In this document: piece after piece, positions 1 through 11,794 of the stretch
How positions within the stretch are numbered: the stretch's first letter is position 1
Layout of the letters: each line of letters begins with the position of its first letter
Source of the DNA: Camelus dromedarius
Taxonomy: Eukaryota
Reading direction: 5' to 3'
Length of the DNA: 64,000 bases
Assembly: GCF_036321535.1 (NCBI RefSeq)
Contig: NC_087436.1
Coordinates: forward strand, 93,622,001-93,686,000
The notes under the pieces: generated by a model
The model's database searches: none
What the model saw: the letters and a program-made list of their open reading frames with translations, nothing else
What the model was told of the DNA's origin: nothing
Translations under genes and position numbers: made by a program

Positions 1-759
1 TACTTCAGATGAAATCATTTTCCTTGGCCAATTTAACAAGATCCTTGGTCTTTCATTTCCTTTAATTATCTTGTTTAAAAAAAAGAAAGAACTGGAGAAG
101 ACCATCTGCTTTATGAGGCAGTTCATCTCTTGTGTTTTCTCTAATAGATATATGAAGGCCCAGTTAAGCAAATTAAGGCTTCATCTCATTCTTGTTTGGG
201 ATTGTTGTGCTTGGTGCTTTGCTGTCACTGCCATCGGCATTTCTCGGGTATATATTTGGGATGTCTTGGACTGTAGATTTATGGGAAGATGTTATCTTTG
301 TTGCAGGCGCTGTGAGCCATTTCCCATATAGTGCCAAATGATCACAACAGGGTTCTTTGCTTTTTTAATCCCTTCCTCTCACCACAAGAAGTCCTATTAA
401 CATGTTTTCTGAGCTGCAGAGTAAAATCTGTCAAATATAGCATGGAAAGCAGATGGGTGGTGACTATCTTCCTTTTCACAAACTAAACGCATCTCCTTTA
501 GTAAAACTTAGCCTTAGCCCAGTTTTAACTTTTGCTTTCAGTATGAAAATGCTTCATACTCATTATAAAAATTTACACAAATCAGCAACATGTGAGACAT
601 GAGAAGACACTTTTCTAAATCCTGCCACGCAGAGATTGCTGCTGTTAACATTTTGATGAATTTGTCTATTCATTCCTTTATGAACTGTTTATTCACTTTG
701 CCAGTGTTCTGTACTTGCATGAAAGTTTATAAAGGTACAGAACACTAACAAGATTAAAT

Positions 760-1650
760 CCCACACAGACTTAGTATTAAAAAGAAAAAAAGGAACACAG
801 TAATATCCTTATAGACAATGAAAACATGCCAAAAGGAGATGCTTAAAAAAATAAAGCTGTAATATATTATTTCAAAAGAAACTAAAAGAGAATATTAAAG
901 AATTATACGAGACATGAAAGAGCAGCACACGTCTGAGACAAGGTGACAGAACAATTAGAAGTTTTTAAAAAGTCATTTTAGAAATTCTAAGTTAGATGGA
1001 ACACAAAATCAAATAATTACCACAAACACTGCCTTAAGAGAACTAGAGGGTGAAAAGGAGAAAAAAGTTAAAAACGGAAAGGAAATGAAGAAAGAAACTT
1101 TGGGAAAAGGTGACAAATATTGAAAATATGAAAAGAAGATGGAATATACCATGATAGGAAAAGAAAACCAAAGCAAGGAAACAGTACAAATACTATATTT
1201 CCAGAAAATTTTCCTGGAAAGAAAAAAGATTTGAAACTACATTTTTAAGTGGACAAATTTTATATTTTAGTATATTAACCTAGAACAACTAATGCCAAGA
1301 TATTCCAGTAAAATTACTGGATAAAAAAGAAAAAGGGGAGAAGGGGAAGGAGAAGGATCCTCCTTTGGACCTCTAGACAAAAAGAAAAACAGCAACAAAA
1401 GAATTAGATTGTTCTCAGACTTTCTGACAGAAATTCTTTATGTCAGAGGAAAATGGAATAACATATTTAAAGTCCTCAAAGAAAAGAAAATGTGAGCCTC
1501 TACTTTTTATGTCTTAGCAAAATTGATCCAGAATATAAAGAACACCAACTATTATTAACATGCAAGAAGTGAGAGGAGGAAATATTGTTCCTATGAACTC
1601 TTCCTAAGGAATCTTCTAACGAGTGAGCTTTAAACTACAAAAACAGCTGG
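760..1650 (+). mobile_element. Ancient L1/HAL1-like ORF1-region fragment
   Basis: A-rich degenerate ORF1-like sequence, e.g. agaattagattgttctcagactttctgacagaaattctttatgtcagaggaaaatggaataacatatttaaagtcctcaaag. Confidence 0.6.
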
Positions 1651-1669
1651 AGAGATCAAAGATGAGCCT

Positions 1670-2630
1670 GGATATCTCAAGATAATAGCTTGCAAGGGAG
1701 CGATCAAAGACTGTCAAAAGGACTCAGGAGCCAACTTGAAGAGGCTTCTACTGGCATGGGACAATTAGAGCTTCAAAAATAAGAATTGCAAATATATTTA
1801 AATCCATGAGGGTTGATGATAAGAAAAAAAAATTACTGATTACCTGAGATTAATGGAAAACCAATTTCATTGTCTTGAATGTAGTCAGGAAGGGACCAAA
1901 TGTTTATCCTGCCTTTCTTACATGAACTGATCACTGGTTAACCAAGTAGTAGATGAAGGGAGGTACCTCCTAAAATTTTTTCCACTCAGTCAATGAAATG
2001 AAATGAGAGAATTAGATGATCATTATTTTGCAACTTCAGTTGATTTAATGGATCCAAGCACTGAGCGACAATGCCTTCTAACATTACAAACTGATGAAAA
2101 CCAGATATCATATGCTTCCTGATGAAAGATCACACCACCAAATGGATTGAATCTACGTTTTTTCAAGCTTCTGAATCCAGCTGCCAATTTGCAGGAAATT
2201 TGGCGAGTAGAGGAACGTGTCCACCTGCACCGTGAATATGCAGGCAGTGAAATTCATACTGTGGAAACTCCATAGCTCAGATGGTCTAGATTCTTTAAGG
2301 ATTAAACTGTAAGATAAAGAAAAGGATGAAGGGGGACATAGAGTAAGTGTAACTTAAAATATATATCACGTTTTTAAAAATAGATAAGCATTAACTGTAT
2401 TGACCAGGGTTGTACACTTGGGTAATGATATTATAAAGAAACATAAGGAAGTAAATCCTGTAGGTTTAAGGCAGTTTGTTTACTTTCAGGGGAAAGGAGG
2501 GCATTCATAGAGGGCATTCTGAGATGCTCTGGGTGGTAGTTATAACAGTGTTTTCTTTATAATAATTAATAAGCTATTTGTTTTGTGTGATTTCCTAAAT
2601 TTTATTTTACCATAAAAATATTTTAAAATG
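1670..2630 (+). mobile_element. Ancient L1 (L1MC/L1ME-type) 3' region
   Basis: Motifs tcaaaaggactcaggagccaacttgaagaggct and gggtggtagttataacagtgtt...ccataaaaata resemble old L1M 3' ends. Confidence 0.6.
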
Positions 2631-3214
2631 TATGAATGACACTATGCATACTGCCTTTATTCCAACTTTTTATTATGATTTTCAAACATACAGAAAAGTT
2701 TGGAAGCACTGTGTATGAAATGCCAATATACTCATCATATTGTTTTATTGCTGGTTTTTCATTCAATATTTAGTAGAGATTTTTTTTTGTAACTAAATGT
2801 AGGAACATCCTCACTTTTAAATGATGCATAGTATTCCATTGTATAAATGTGATACTTCATTTAAATCATTTTCCTGTTTGTTGATGGACATTTAACTTGT
2901 TCCCAGTAGAAATAGTGGTGCTCATATGTCCTTATGACAAATTCCTAAAATTTAGTGTCACAGAGTATTCTGATATGCAAAGTGTAAATGGATGTGTGCT
3001 GTGAATGAACAATTGTGGAGACAAAGTTGCAGTCTATATTGATCAAGACAGCCCTGTGTGACTGAGGGAGGACATAAATCTCCAAGAAAGAACTTGATTC
3101 CTGGAAGCAGGATCCTCACATAGCATCATATCTCTCCTGGATCAATTCAGGTTTAATCCCAATGGCTCTTCTGTTATCCCATTTTGGTTGTTGTGGGTAT
3201 GGTTAGTATAATTA

Positions 3215-3700
3215 TTTATCTGTTGCCACAGTAATACTGTGTAATGATGAACCACCCAAAAATTTAGTAGCTTAAACGACAGCCATTAGTTTCTATGGGA
3301 TGGCTGAGTGATTCTTACTGTCTCTGCTGGGCTCACTCATGTGCTTACAGTCAGCCGCAGGTATAGCGTGCAGATCTTTGCAGGGCTCTCCCACATGTCT
3401 GACGGTTGGCTGGCTTAGGCTGGTTTAAGTGGCTTTGGCCAGGAGGACTCAGCTATTCTACCCAAGTCTCCAACATCCTTCCAGCAGGCCAGCCTGGGCA
3501 TGCTCTTGTGGCAGCAGAGTGGTACAGATCATATCTTTTTCAGGGCGCTGGAAATGGGCCATGCTTTTTGAGCTTCTCTACCATCCCATTTGCTAACCTC
3601 CTGTTGACCAAAGCAAGTGGCATAGCTAGGCCAGTGTCAGTGAGAAGGGACTCAATGCAAAGTTAGAGCAGAAGGCAAGCATACAGAGTGGTTGATGGAG
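3215..3700 (-). mobile_element. MLT1-type (ERVL-MaLR) LTR remnant
   Basis: aaccacccaaaaatttagtagcttaaacgacagccatt...gggctcactcatgtg...ctgttgaccaaagcaagtggcatagctaggcc, typical of MLT1 in reverse orientation. Confidence 0.65.
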
Positions 3701-3873
3701 TTCATTCTCCGCAGCTATCCAGAAGCATGTTTTAAACTGGCACGTCTTAGAAGCATTAACCATTGCTGTTATTTCTAAACTGCAAATACTGTGCCTTTGA
3801 AATATGAAAAATGGGAATCAAGTATATTTGTGGAGGAAGCATAAAGCTTTTGCTTCATTTAAAAAGTTTCTTG

Positions 3874-3917
3874 GTACACCAGAAATTGACACATTGTAAT
3901 TGTACTTCAATTGAAAA
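3874..3917 (+). mobile_element. Camelid L1 extreme 3'-end micro-insertion with TSD
   Basis: gtacaccagaaattgacacattgtaattgtacttcaattg + A-tail, flanked by aaaaagtttcttg (3861-3873) and aaaaagttttttg (3918-3930). TT|AAAA site at 3859-3864. Confidence 0.8.
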
Positions 3918-4365
3918 AAAAAGTTTTTTGTTAAGAGTTATAAAGTTAACTCATAAATGGAAAAAAATCTATATTTATTGTTTTGTCTTGAAAAATTTAT
4001 TTCTGTTCTAGTTGTTTTTTTCCCCTGGGATATATTTCAGGAAACAGATTTTTCCATGTCTGTGCTTGTTTTTCTTTGTTCTTGGAGTTGGTTTTGAAAT
4101 CTAGCTTTGAGAACATTGAATGAAGTAAAACAAAAAGCTAGAATCACAAATCAACCTCTTTTAAGTGTTTTTGCTTAAGATACAGACTTTAGAGATAGGA
4201 TTAGTCCCTACACCTTTATTGCTGCAAATTTTTTGCCTCTGTTTTAAGTTGTAGAAGTGGTAACTTTAGGCTCTTCCGGAACAGTGATTCTTAACAATAG
4301 ATACGCCGCATCCAGGTATGTGGATGGCAGGAAATTGTTACTAGTAATTATATCTAAAAATTTTT

Positions 4366-5869
4366 CTATTTATTTATTTTTTAAATGTTTTAGAATTTTT
4401 ATACAATTTTTAAAAGTTATGTTCTACTTACAGTTATTACAAAATATTGGCTGTGTTCCCCGTGTTGTACAGTACATCCTTGAGCCTATCTCATACCCAG
4501 TAGTTTGTGCCTCCCCCTCCTCCACCCCTATATTGTCCTTCCCCTCCATTGGTCACCACTAGTTTGTTCTTTACATCTGTGAGTTTGCTTCTTTTTTGTT
4601 GCATTCATCAGTTTGTTGTATTTTTTAGATTCCATATAAAGTGATATCATACAGTACTTGTCTTTCTGTCTGACTTCTTTCACTTAACATAATGCCCTCC
4701 AAGTCCATCTCTGTTGTTGCAGGTGGCAAAATTTTATTCTTTTTTATGGCTCAGTAGTATTCCATTGTGTATAGATACCACATCTTCTTTATCCATTCAT
4801 GTGTTGATGGACACGTAAGTTGCTACCATATCTTGGCAATTGTAAATAATGCTGCTATGCATATTGGGGTGCATGTATCTTTTCTAATTAGGGGAGGGGT
4901 TTGGATATGTACCCAGGAGTGGAATTGCTGAGTCATGGTATTTCTATTTTTAGTTTTTTAAGAAACCTCCATACAGTTTTCCACAGTGGCCAAACCAGTT
5001 TACATTCTACCAGCAGTGAAGGGGGACTCCCTTTTCTCTGCATTCTCACCAACATTTGTTATTTGTGTTCTTTTTGATGATAGCCATTCTGACCTGTGTG
5101 AGGTAATATCTCATTGTGTTTTTGATTTGCATTTCCCTGATAATTTTATGATGTTGAGCATCTTTTCATGTGCCTATTGACTACCTGTATTTCCTCTTTG
5201 GAAAAGTGTCTTTTCAGTTCTTCTGCCCATTTTTTAATCAGGTTTTTTTTTTTTTTGATGTTGAGTTATATGAGCTGTTTATATATGTTGGCTATTAATC
5301 CCTTATCAGTCATATCATTTGCAGATATTTTTCTCCCATTCAGTAGGTTATCTTTTCATTTTTTTTGATGGTTTCCTTTGCTATGCAGAAGCTTTTAACT
5401 TTAGTTAGGTCCCAATTGTTTACTTTTGCTTTTATTTTATTTACTTTAGAAGACAGATCCTCCAAAATATTGCTGTGATTTATGTCAAAGAGTGTTCTGT
5501 ATTTTCCTCTAGGAATTTTATAGTATCCAAGTTTACATTTAGGTCTTTAATCTATTTTGAGTTTATTTTTGTATGTCTTGTTAGAGAATGTTCTAATTTC
5601 ATTCTTTTACATGTAGCTGTCCAGTTTTCCCAGCACTATTTGTTGAAGAGATTGTCTTTTCTCCACTATATATTCTTGTCTCCTGTGTCATTAGATTAAT
5701 GGACTACACGTGCTTGGGTTTATTTCTGGGCTCTCTGTCCTGTTCCATTGATCTGTGTGTCTCTGTTTGTGCCAGTATCATGCTGTTTTGATTATTGTAG
5801 CTTTGTAATATAGTGTGAAGCCAGGGAGCATGATTCCTCCAACTCTGTTCGTTCTTAAGATTGTTTTGG
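4366..5869 (-). mobile_element. 5'-truncated artiodactyl L1 (3' UTR + ORF2 C-terminal part)
   Basis: T-rich tail at left, followed by L1 3'UTR/ORF2 antisense motifs (gtagtattccattgtgtatagataccacatcttctttatccattc; gtagctgtccagttttcccagcac). Flanked by a long direct repeat. Confidence 0.92.
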
Positions 5870-6240
5870 CAGTGATTCTTAACAGCAGATATGTAGCACC
5901 CAGGTATGTGGATGTCAAGAAATTGTTACTAGTAATTATATCTAAAAAATTTTTTTAATCAAGTTTATTCTCATAGAGTATTATATGTCATACCTCTCTA
6001 CTCTCTTCTCTACAGAAAAACAAAATACTGGAATAAAAATTTGCATGTACATACACTTAGTAAATACTCTTTATTATGTGTGCATTATAAAATTGCACAC
6101 ACTTTAATTGTTTAATGGAAAGCATTACACTAAGTCAACTTAAAAGATTTTTCAAAGTAAGTTTGAGTGTTGTCGAATTTTACATCATTTTCTGATTTTA
6201 GAACCTACCCGCAGATTGAGAAACAGTTTTACACACTTCT

Positions 6241-6386
6241 TTTTATTTTTTTTTTATTTTTATTTTTGGGGTTTTTTTAGGGGGTGGTAAGTAGGTTTAT
6301 TTATTTTTTTAATAGAGGTACTGGGGATTGAACCCAGGATCTCGTGCATGCTAGACATACACTCTACTACTGAGCTATACCCTCCC
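6241..6386 (-). mobile_element. Vic-1-type tRNA-Ala-derived camelid SINE
   Basis: Reverse complement reads gggagggtatagctcagtagtagagtgtatgtctagcatgcacgagatcctgggttcaatccccagtacctct (A and B boxes) plus an A-rich tail. ttacacac appears on both flanks. Confidence 0.85.
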
Positions 6387-6471
6387 TTACACACAGTTAT
6401 TCTTAATTGTACTCTATTTTGCTCTTTTGAGCTGTAAGGAAAAAGAGGACTCAGGTTTTGCTTGCCAGCAG

Positions 6472-6560
6472 CTGAGAGTCCTCTTTGTCTTTTGTTTGTT
6501 TGCTTTCTGAGAGTCTGTTTGTTTGTTTGTTTGTTTGTTTCCTGAGAGTGCCCTTTGTTT
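6472..6560. repeat. (GTTT)n microsatellite interleaved with three copies of ctgagagt
   Basis: Read directly from sequence. Confidence 0.8.
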
Positions 6561-6734
6561 TCAGTTTACCTGGATGTCAGGATGTTGGACATAAACTTCA
6601 GAAGAATAATAATGTGGCAAGAATTATCTTGCAGAATTAGTTAATTCTGGTGATTTGAGTCAACTTCAAGAGAAAGCATCTTGAGTCTTGAGGCTCATCA
6701 TGGTCATGATCCTGGTCTTTGGAAGCAAATAGAT

Positions 6735-6960
6735 GTGGATCCTGATACCAGCCAGCTCTGTCCCTTGCCTCTCCTGTGACCTGGGACCAGTTACCTAACC
6801 CTCCATGCCTCGGTTTCTCCATCAGTAAAATTGATGTAATAGTATTCCCTTTCTCGTAAGATTGTTAGAAGTGGTAAATGAGAAAGAACCCTTATAAAGT
6901 ACCCACTTAGCACAATGCCTGGCACGTAGTAAAGCGCTCGGTAAGTGTTACGTAGTGTTG
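6735..6960 (+). mobile_element. MIR SINE
   Basis: tgtgacctgggaccagttacctaaccctccatgcctcggtttctccatcagtaaaat...cttagcacaatgcctggcacgtagtaaagcgctc. Confidence 0.85.
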
Positions 6961-7789
6961 TTATTGAAAGGAACCCTGAGCGTCTGATGCAGCTCCTCCA
7001 TTGTATAGATCTGGAAACAGAGGTGAAATTCTTCAGGAAAAAAATGATTAAAACCTTTAAGATTGAATCAGTATGAATTTGGAGATAGGTCTAACCCTGG
7101 AATGCAATGCCTACTTTAAAAGTATTTATCAACTAATAAAACCTGTAGATTTTCAACATCAAGGGTAAGAGGACTGGTTTTTGACAGGTTTTACCTGTAC
7201 TTGGCAGATTACAGAAATGATTTCAGTAATGGCAGAAAGAAGCTTTCCATTGTAATTACAGTTCTTAGCTCCATTCTTGGACTCAGCTTATTATTTGTGA
7301 ACATTTTTACAAGAGGGCAAGACAGGGCAAGGAGAGAAGACAAGAGGATGTGGGCCACCAGAGTTTCCTGAGTACTTTGATGGATGTGCAAAGATTTCCA
7401 AGACACTTTGCTTTTCTTCAGAAAGCTTACAACCTCATTGAGAAAGAAGATCATATGTGTAAGAAAAAAATAAATAATACTAACAATAGTAAAAGCAGTG
7501 AGCATTTATTGAATGTTTAGTATCTGCCAGACATTAGGCAAAATGAGCAAGCAACCTATATCTCTCCTTTGATCCTCATAGTAACTGTCAGATTGGTGGT
7601 AACTGCAGTTTGCAGTTGAATAACATATGCCTTCAGACATTAAGTATTGGTTCAGGATTGTGTAGGACTTAAGTGTTGAATGAGTTAAGAAGAGGAAGAG
7701 AGAACTCTGGACTGAGGTTCTAATTTTCAAAGTGAGGCGATGTCTAGAGCACCCCTAGGCCCGCTATTTGTATTTTTGAGGTGGAGAGG

Positions 7790-8345
7790 GGGGTGATAAA
7801 TGTCTGGCAGTACCCAGGACAACCCTGTACAATAAAGAACGTCTTCACTCTGCAGAGCTTACACATTTCCTACCCAGTATACATGTAGGTGAACACCATG
7901 CTTGTGATGACCTGAGCCTAGAAGTTCTAGCAAAGTATTTTTTTATGGCCTTAAGATACACTATGTATTCTAGAAGTGGGAATTCCTTCTAACTGAAAGA
8001 TAATTGTATTTAATGTTTTTTGGAAATTTCATAGAATTGTTCAACATTTTGAAATTGATGTTATTAACAGGTATGCAAATCACATCTGGGTTGACAGCAC
8101 AGCACACGCTTCTGTCAGTTTGCATTCAGAGCTGTCACACTCACCATGATTCTTCCCAGAGAAGCAAGCATCTGATGGCTGTTTCTTATGACCACAAGTG
8201 TAGCCAGGCCCCGAGAATTTGCCTACTGACACGTCTCTCTCCCCTTTCATTTCTGTTGTTCTGGAATTTAAGTGGGTACGTGGGTTATATTATGTATGAA
8301 TTTCACTTCAAGATAGTCAAGAGGACATTATAAAATACTCATTAT
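7790..8345 (+). mobile_element. hAT-Charlie non-autonomous element (MER20B-like)
   Basis: ctgtcagtttgcattcagagctgtcacactcaccatgattct...ggttatattatgtatgaatttcacttcaagatagtcaagaggacattataaaata matches the recalled MER20B consensus. Confidence 0.65.
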
Positions 8346-8794
8346 AGCCAGAGAGTGTTATTGCAAGGATCGTGTTGGATTAGAGTTTTCAGGAAGGTGG
8401 TTGTTTGAATGAAGGTAATGAAAGATTTGAGTAAATGAGAGGTTCTAGAATCAGTTGGGTATTAGATTGTCAATGGCTGAAAGAGCTTTATCCTGAAGGT
8501 CTTTGTATAGAAAGGGATTGTGAACGGAGTGGTGTTTATGTGGCGCTGTGGAGCTGGGATGGATCTGGGAGATGTCAGAGGATTGGACTGAGGCCAGGGC
8601 AGGAGGTATGGAACTGTGGGAAGTTCTGAGGGTCTGAAGTGGGAGCAGACAGGACAGAGAGCTGGCTAAATTGAGAGGAATTTGTCAGATTTTTTTGGAC
8701 TGTGTTTGGGGAAGACAGGGAAAGTGAAATTCTTTGTCTGACTTTTATTTTATATCTTTTGTTTCTCTTTGGCATCATTTAAAAGTACATAGGA

Positions 8795-8960
8795 AGTTCT
8801 CATCAGAAGAAAAAAGTTTTGTAATTACGTATGGCAGTAGTTGTTAACTGGACTTAGTGTGGTGATCATTTTATAATATGTACAAATACTAAATCATTAC
8901 ACTATATGCCTAAAAATATAATTTTATGTCAATTATACCTCAGTAAAAAAATAAAAATAA
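8795..8960 (+). mobile_element. L1 3' end fragment (L1MA9/artiodactyl-type)
   Basis: gttaactggacttagtgtggtgatcatttt...ttatgtcaattatacctcagt + A-tail. Confidence 0.75.
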
Positions 8961-10083
8961 GGCAGTCCTTTCTTCAAGGTATTTACCCTCTATAGGGAAA
9001 AAAGATAAAAATAAAAATTTAATGTTGTATGTTAGTATAATAATAGATGTATGTAGAAAGTTTAGTGGTAGAATGATAGTGATTAAACAAGTTGGTAATT
9101 CAAAGAAAATTTTTATCAAGGATGCAATACTTGAGCTGGATCTGAGTGGATGAACACTTGTTGAGTTTTCATTTATTCCTTGAAAAAAGAGGAGTTACAT
9201 ATGACTTTAGCTTAATGAGGAATAATTTCTCATCCTTATAGCCAAGGGAGGGATCAGGTGATGAGAACAGGAGAAAATACCAGTTTTGTACAGGGTTGCT
9301 GAAAGTTGGCTGTGAACGTCCAGGGAAGATGGTGGTGGTGTTGGGCAGTGCACCCCCTGCACACAGCTCTCTCCTCCTTCAGATGGTAACTTGCTCTTAC
9401 CTGTCCTGGGGTCTGCATTATCCCTTGGGATTTTCCTACCCTGGCACTTTTTTTTTTTTTAATTAGTCCCTTAATTATGTCCTCAAAATATTTGATTTGA
9501 TTGTCCCATCTGTTTCCTATTTGAAGCCTGTTGGGTACAGTGTGTGATTACACACTGAAAAAAAGGTAAAAGACACAAAAAAAGAAGGGAAAAATTCTTT
9601 TTATTCTAAATCTACAATATCACAAATAAAAAGAAAAGTCAAGCAAATGGAACAGGTAAGGGCATGATTGTAGTGAGATAATTTACTGTAGCATCCTTGG
9701 TCGAGGGCATCATGTTGACAAAAATAAAGACATTGGGGATTGGATTGTTGTAATAAAAAATTGAATTAAGATATATGTATATAATTTTGAATTTATATGT
9801 TTATGTCCAATGGCAGGGGGGAAATATGTAGCATCTTACACTGAAACAAAATACAAGTGGGCACTTAATTTACTTGTTCGCTTCTTTGTTTACTAGTGCT
9901 TTTGTGATTTCTGCTGCTCTCCTGTGGTCCTGTTGGACATTTTTTGAGCTCCAGTGGCATTGTCACAAGGCACATAAGCATTATGAATTTTCTTTAGTGG
10001 GACACATGAAAACGTTGCTGGAAGGGAAACCTGTTGCTAGATTGTTTTGCTTATTTTATTTTTCACTTTGAAATAACTACATA

Positions 10084-10185
10084 TTTTTTTTTTCAATGGA
10101 GGTACTGGGGATTGAACCCAAGAACTTGTGCATGCTAAGCAGGTACTCTACCACTGAGCTATAGCCAAACCCCCACCCCCTCCTC
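10084..10185 (-). mobile_element. Short Vic-1-type tRNA-derived SINE
   Basis: Reverse complement ggctatagctcagtggtagagtacctgcttagcatgcacaagttcttgggttcaatccccagtacctcca + A-tail. aacta(ca)tatt on both flanks. Confidence 0.85.
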
Positions 10186-10399
10186 AACTATATTCTTAAT
10201 ATGAAGCTTGTGGTGGTCTACTGTGAGTCTTGGGTGTCTTTGAAACTCACTGTGATTTTTGTGGAAACAAAGGCACTTGCTGGTAAACCTTTAGCTTTAC
10301 AGCTGAGCGACCATTTCTGCCTATATTTGCTTTTTATGGGAGAAGTAGATAACATTTTGAATAGGGTAAAGTTTCAGAACCCATCTGCATTTCCTAAAT

Positions 10400-11030
10400 C
10401 AGTGCTCCTCCAATAGAAATATAATTTGAGCCACATACATAATTTGAAATTTTCTAGTAACCACATTTAAAAAAAATGAGTGAAAATAATTTTAACAGTG
10501 TTTTATTTAACTCATTAAATTCAAAGTGTTATCATTTCAATGTGTAACATTTTAAAATTATTGAGATATTTTACATTTTATTTCATGCAAAGTCTCCAAA
10601 ATCAGCATATGTTTTAACACTAAACTCAGATGCAGAATTTTCATTGGAAACACTTGATCTTTATTTAGATTTCGTAAAACTTATGGTTGAAAAAGTAGAT
10701 TTACCTACCCAAGAAGTTCCAAACTTACTTAAATGTTTCTCCAAAAGAGTCAAGTATCAGTTTATAAATTTATATTTAAATTAATTACAGTGGACCCTTG
10801 AACAATATGGGGATTAAGTTCCTACACATCCTGGGGTTCAGCCAGCCACGGATAATGCAGTACTTAAGTATTCACTGTTGAAAAATATCCAAGTATAAGT
10901 GGATCAGCACAGTTCAGGCCTACATTGTTTAAGGGTCAAATGTATAGTGAAATAACGTTTAAAATTCAGTGCCTCAGTTGCCTTCCAAGTGTTAGTAGCT
11001 CCATGTTGTTTCTCATGGCTACCAGCTATA
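10400..11030 (+). mobile_element. hAT-Charlie element (MER33/Charlie5-like) interrupted by a Tigger2 MITE
   Basis: Starts cagtgctcctccaatagaaatataatttgagccacatac, the MER33-type terminus. Ends with a degenerate agtgttagtagctccatgt...tggctacca terminus. Confidence 0.75.
10788..10942. mobile_element. Tigger2a-type MITE (TcMar)
   Basis: TIRs cagtggacccttgaacaa ... ttgtttaagggtcaaatg with TA dinucleotides on both sides (10786-10787, 10943-10944). Confidence 0.85.
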
Positions 11031-11270
11031 GATTATTCTTAAAACCATACTTGAGTGCTTTTGTATTTTCTTGGGTTATTATTTATGTAGGACTTATTCA
11101 CGCCACATAGTCCTCAGAAACTGTTTTACAACATTAGTTTATACATCAGGGATGTCAGTGCCTAGGGAGAAATAGTTCTGCATATTTGTGCTTCATTCCT
11201 AGGGCTTAGGAGTGCCTTGCACATAGTAGGTGTTAAATAACTGTTTACCCATTTAAATCCTATTTAGTCC

Positions 11271-11794
11271 ACTAAAAGTCCATCAACAAATGACTGGATA
11301 AAGAAGCTGTGGTATATTTACACAATTGAATACTACTCAGCCATAAAAATAATAAAATAATGCCACTTGAAGCAACATGAGTTGGACCTGAAAAATGCCA
11401 TTCTAAATGAAGTAAGCCAGAAAGAGAAAGAAAAATACCATATGATATCACCTATATGTGGAATCTTAAAAAAAAAAAAAGACAAACAAACTTACTTACA
11501 AAACAGAAACAGACTCACAGACATAGAAAACAAAGCTATGGTTATCAGAGGGGGAAGGGGGTGGGAAGGGGTAAGTTGGAAGTTCAAGATTTGCAGATAC
11601 TAAGATATAAAAAACAGATAAACACTAAGTTCATACTGTATAGCACAGGGAGCTATATTCAGTATCTTATAGTAACTTATGGTGAAAGAGAATATGAAAA
11701 TGAATGTATGTTCCTATATGACTGAAGCATTGTGCTGTACACCAGAAATTGATGCAAACATTGTAAACTGACTACACTTCAATAAAATTTATAT
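11271..11794 (+). mobile_element. Camelid L1 3' fragment with 14-bp TSD
   Basis: ORF2 end/3'UTR (tggataaagaagctgtggtatatttacac...tacaccagaaattgatgcaaacattgtaaactgactacacttcaataaaa). TSD atcctatttagtcc at 11257-11270 and 11795-11808. Confidence 0.9.

Noticed and set aside
148..247. Possible 100-nt non-coding exon (ttttctctaatAG ... CGG|GTATAT) and the overlapping ORF 71-331
   Set aside because: The donor is weak, I do not recognise it as an APBB2 UTR exon, and the ORF has no recognisable homology.
6313..6386. tRNA-Ala-like sequence (also 10097-10166)
   Set aside because: The acceptor stem is degenerate, and the A-rich tail and flanking duplications show these are SINE copies, not tRNA genes.
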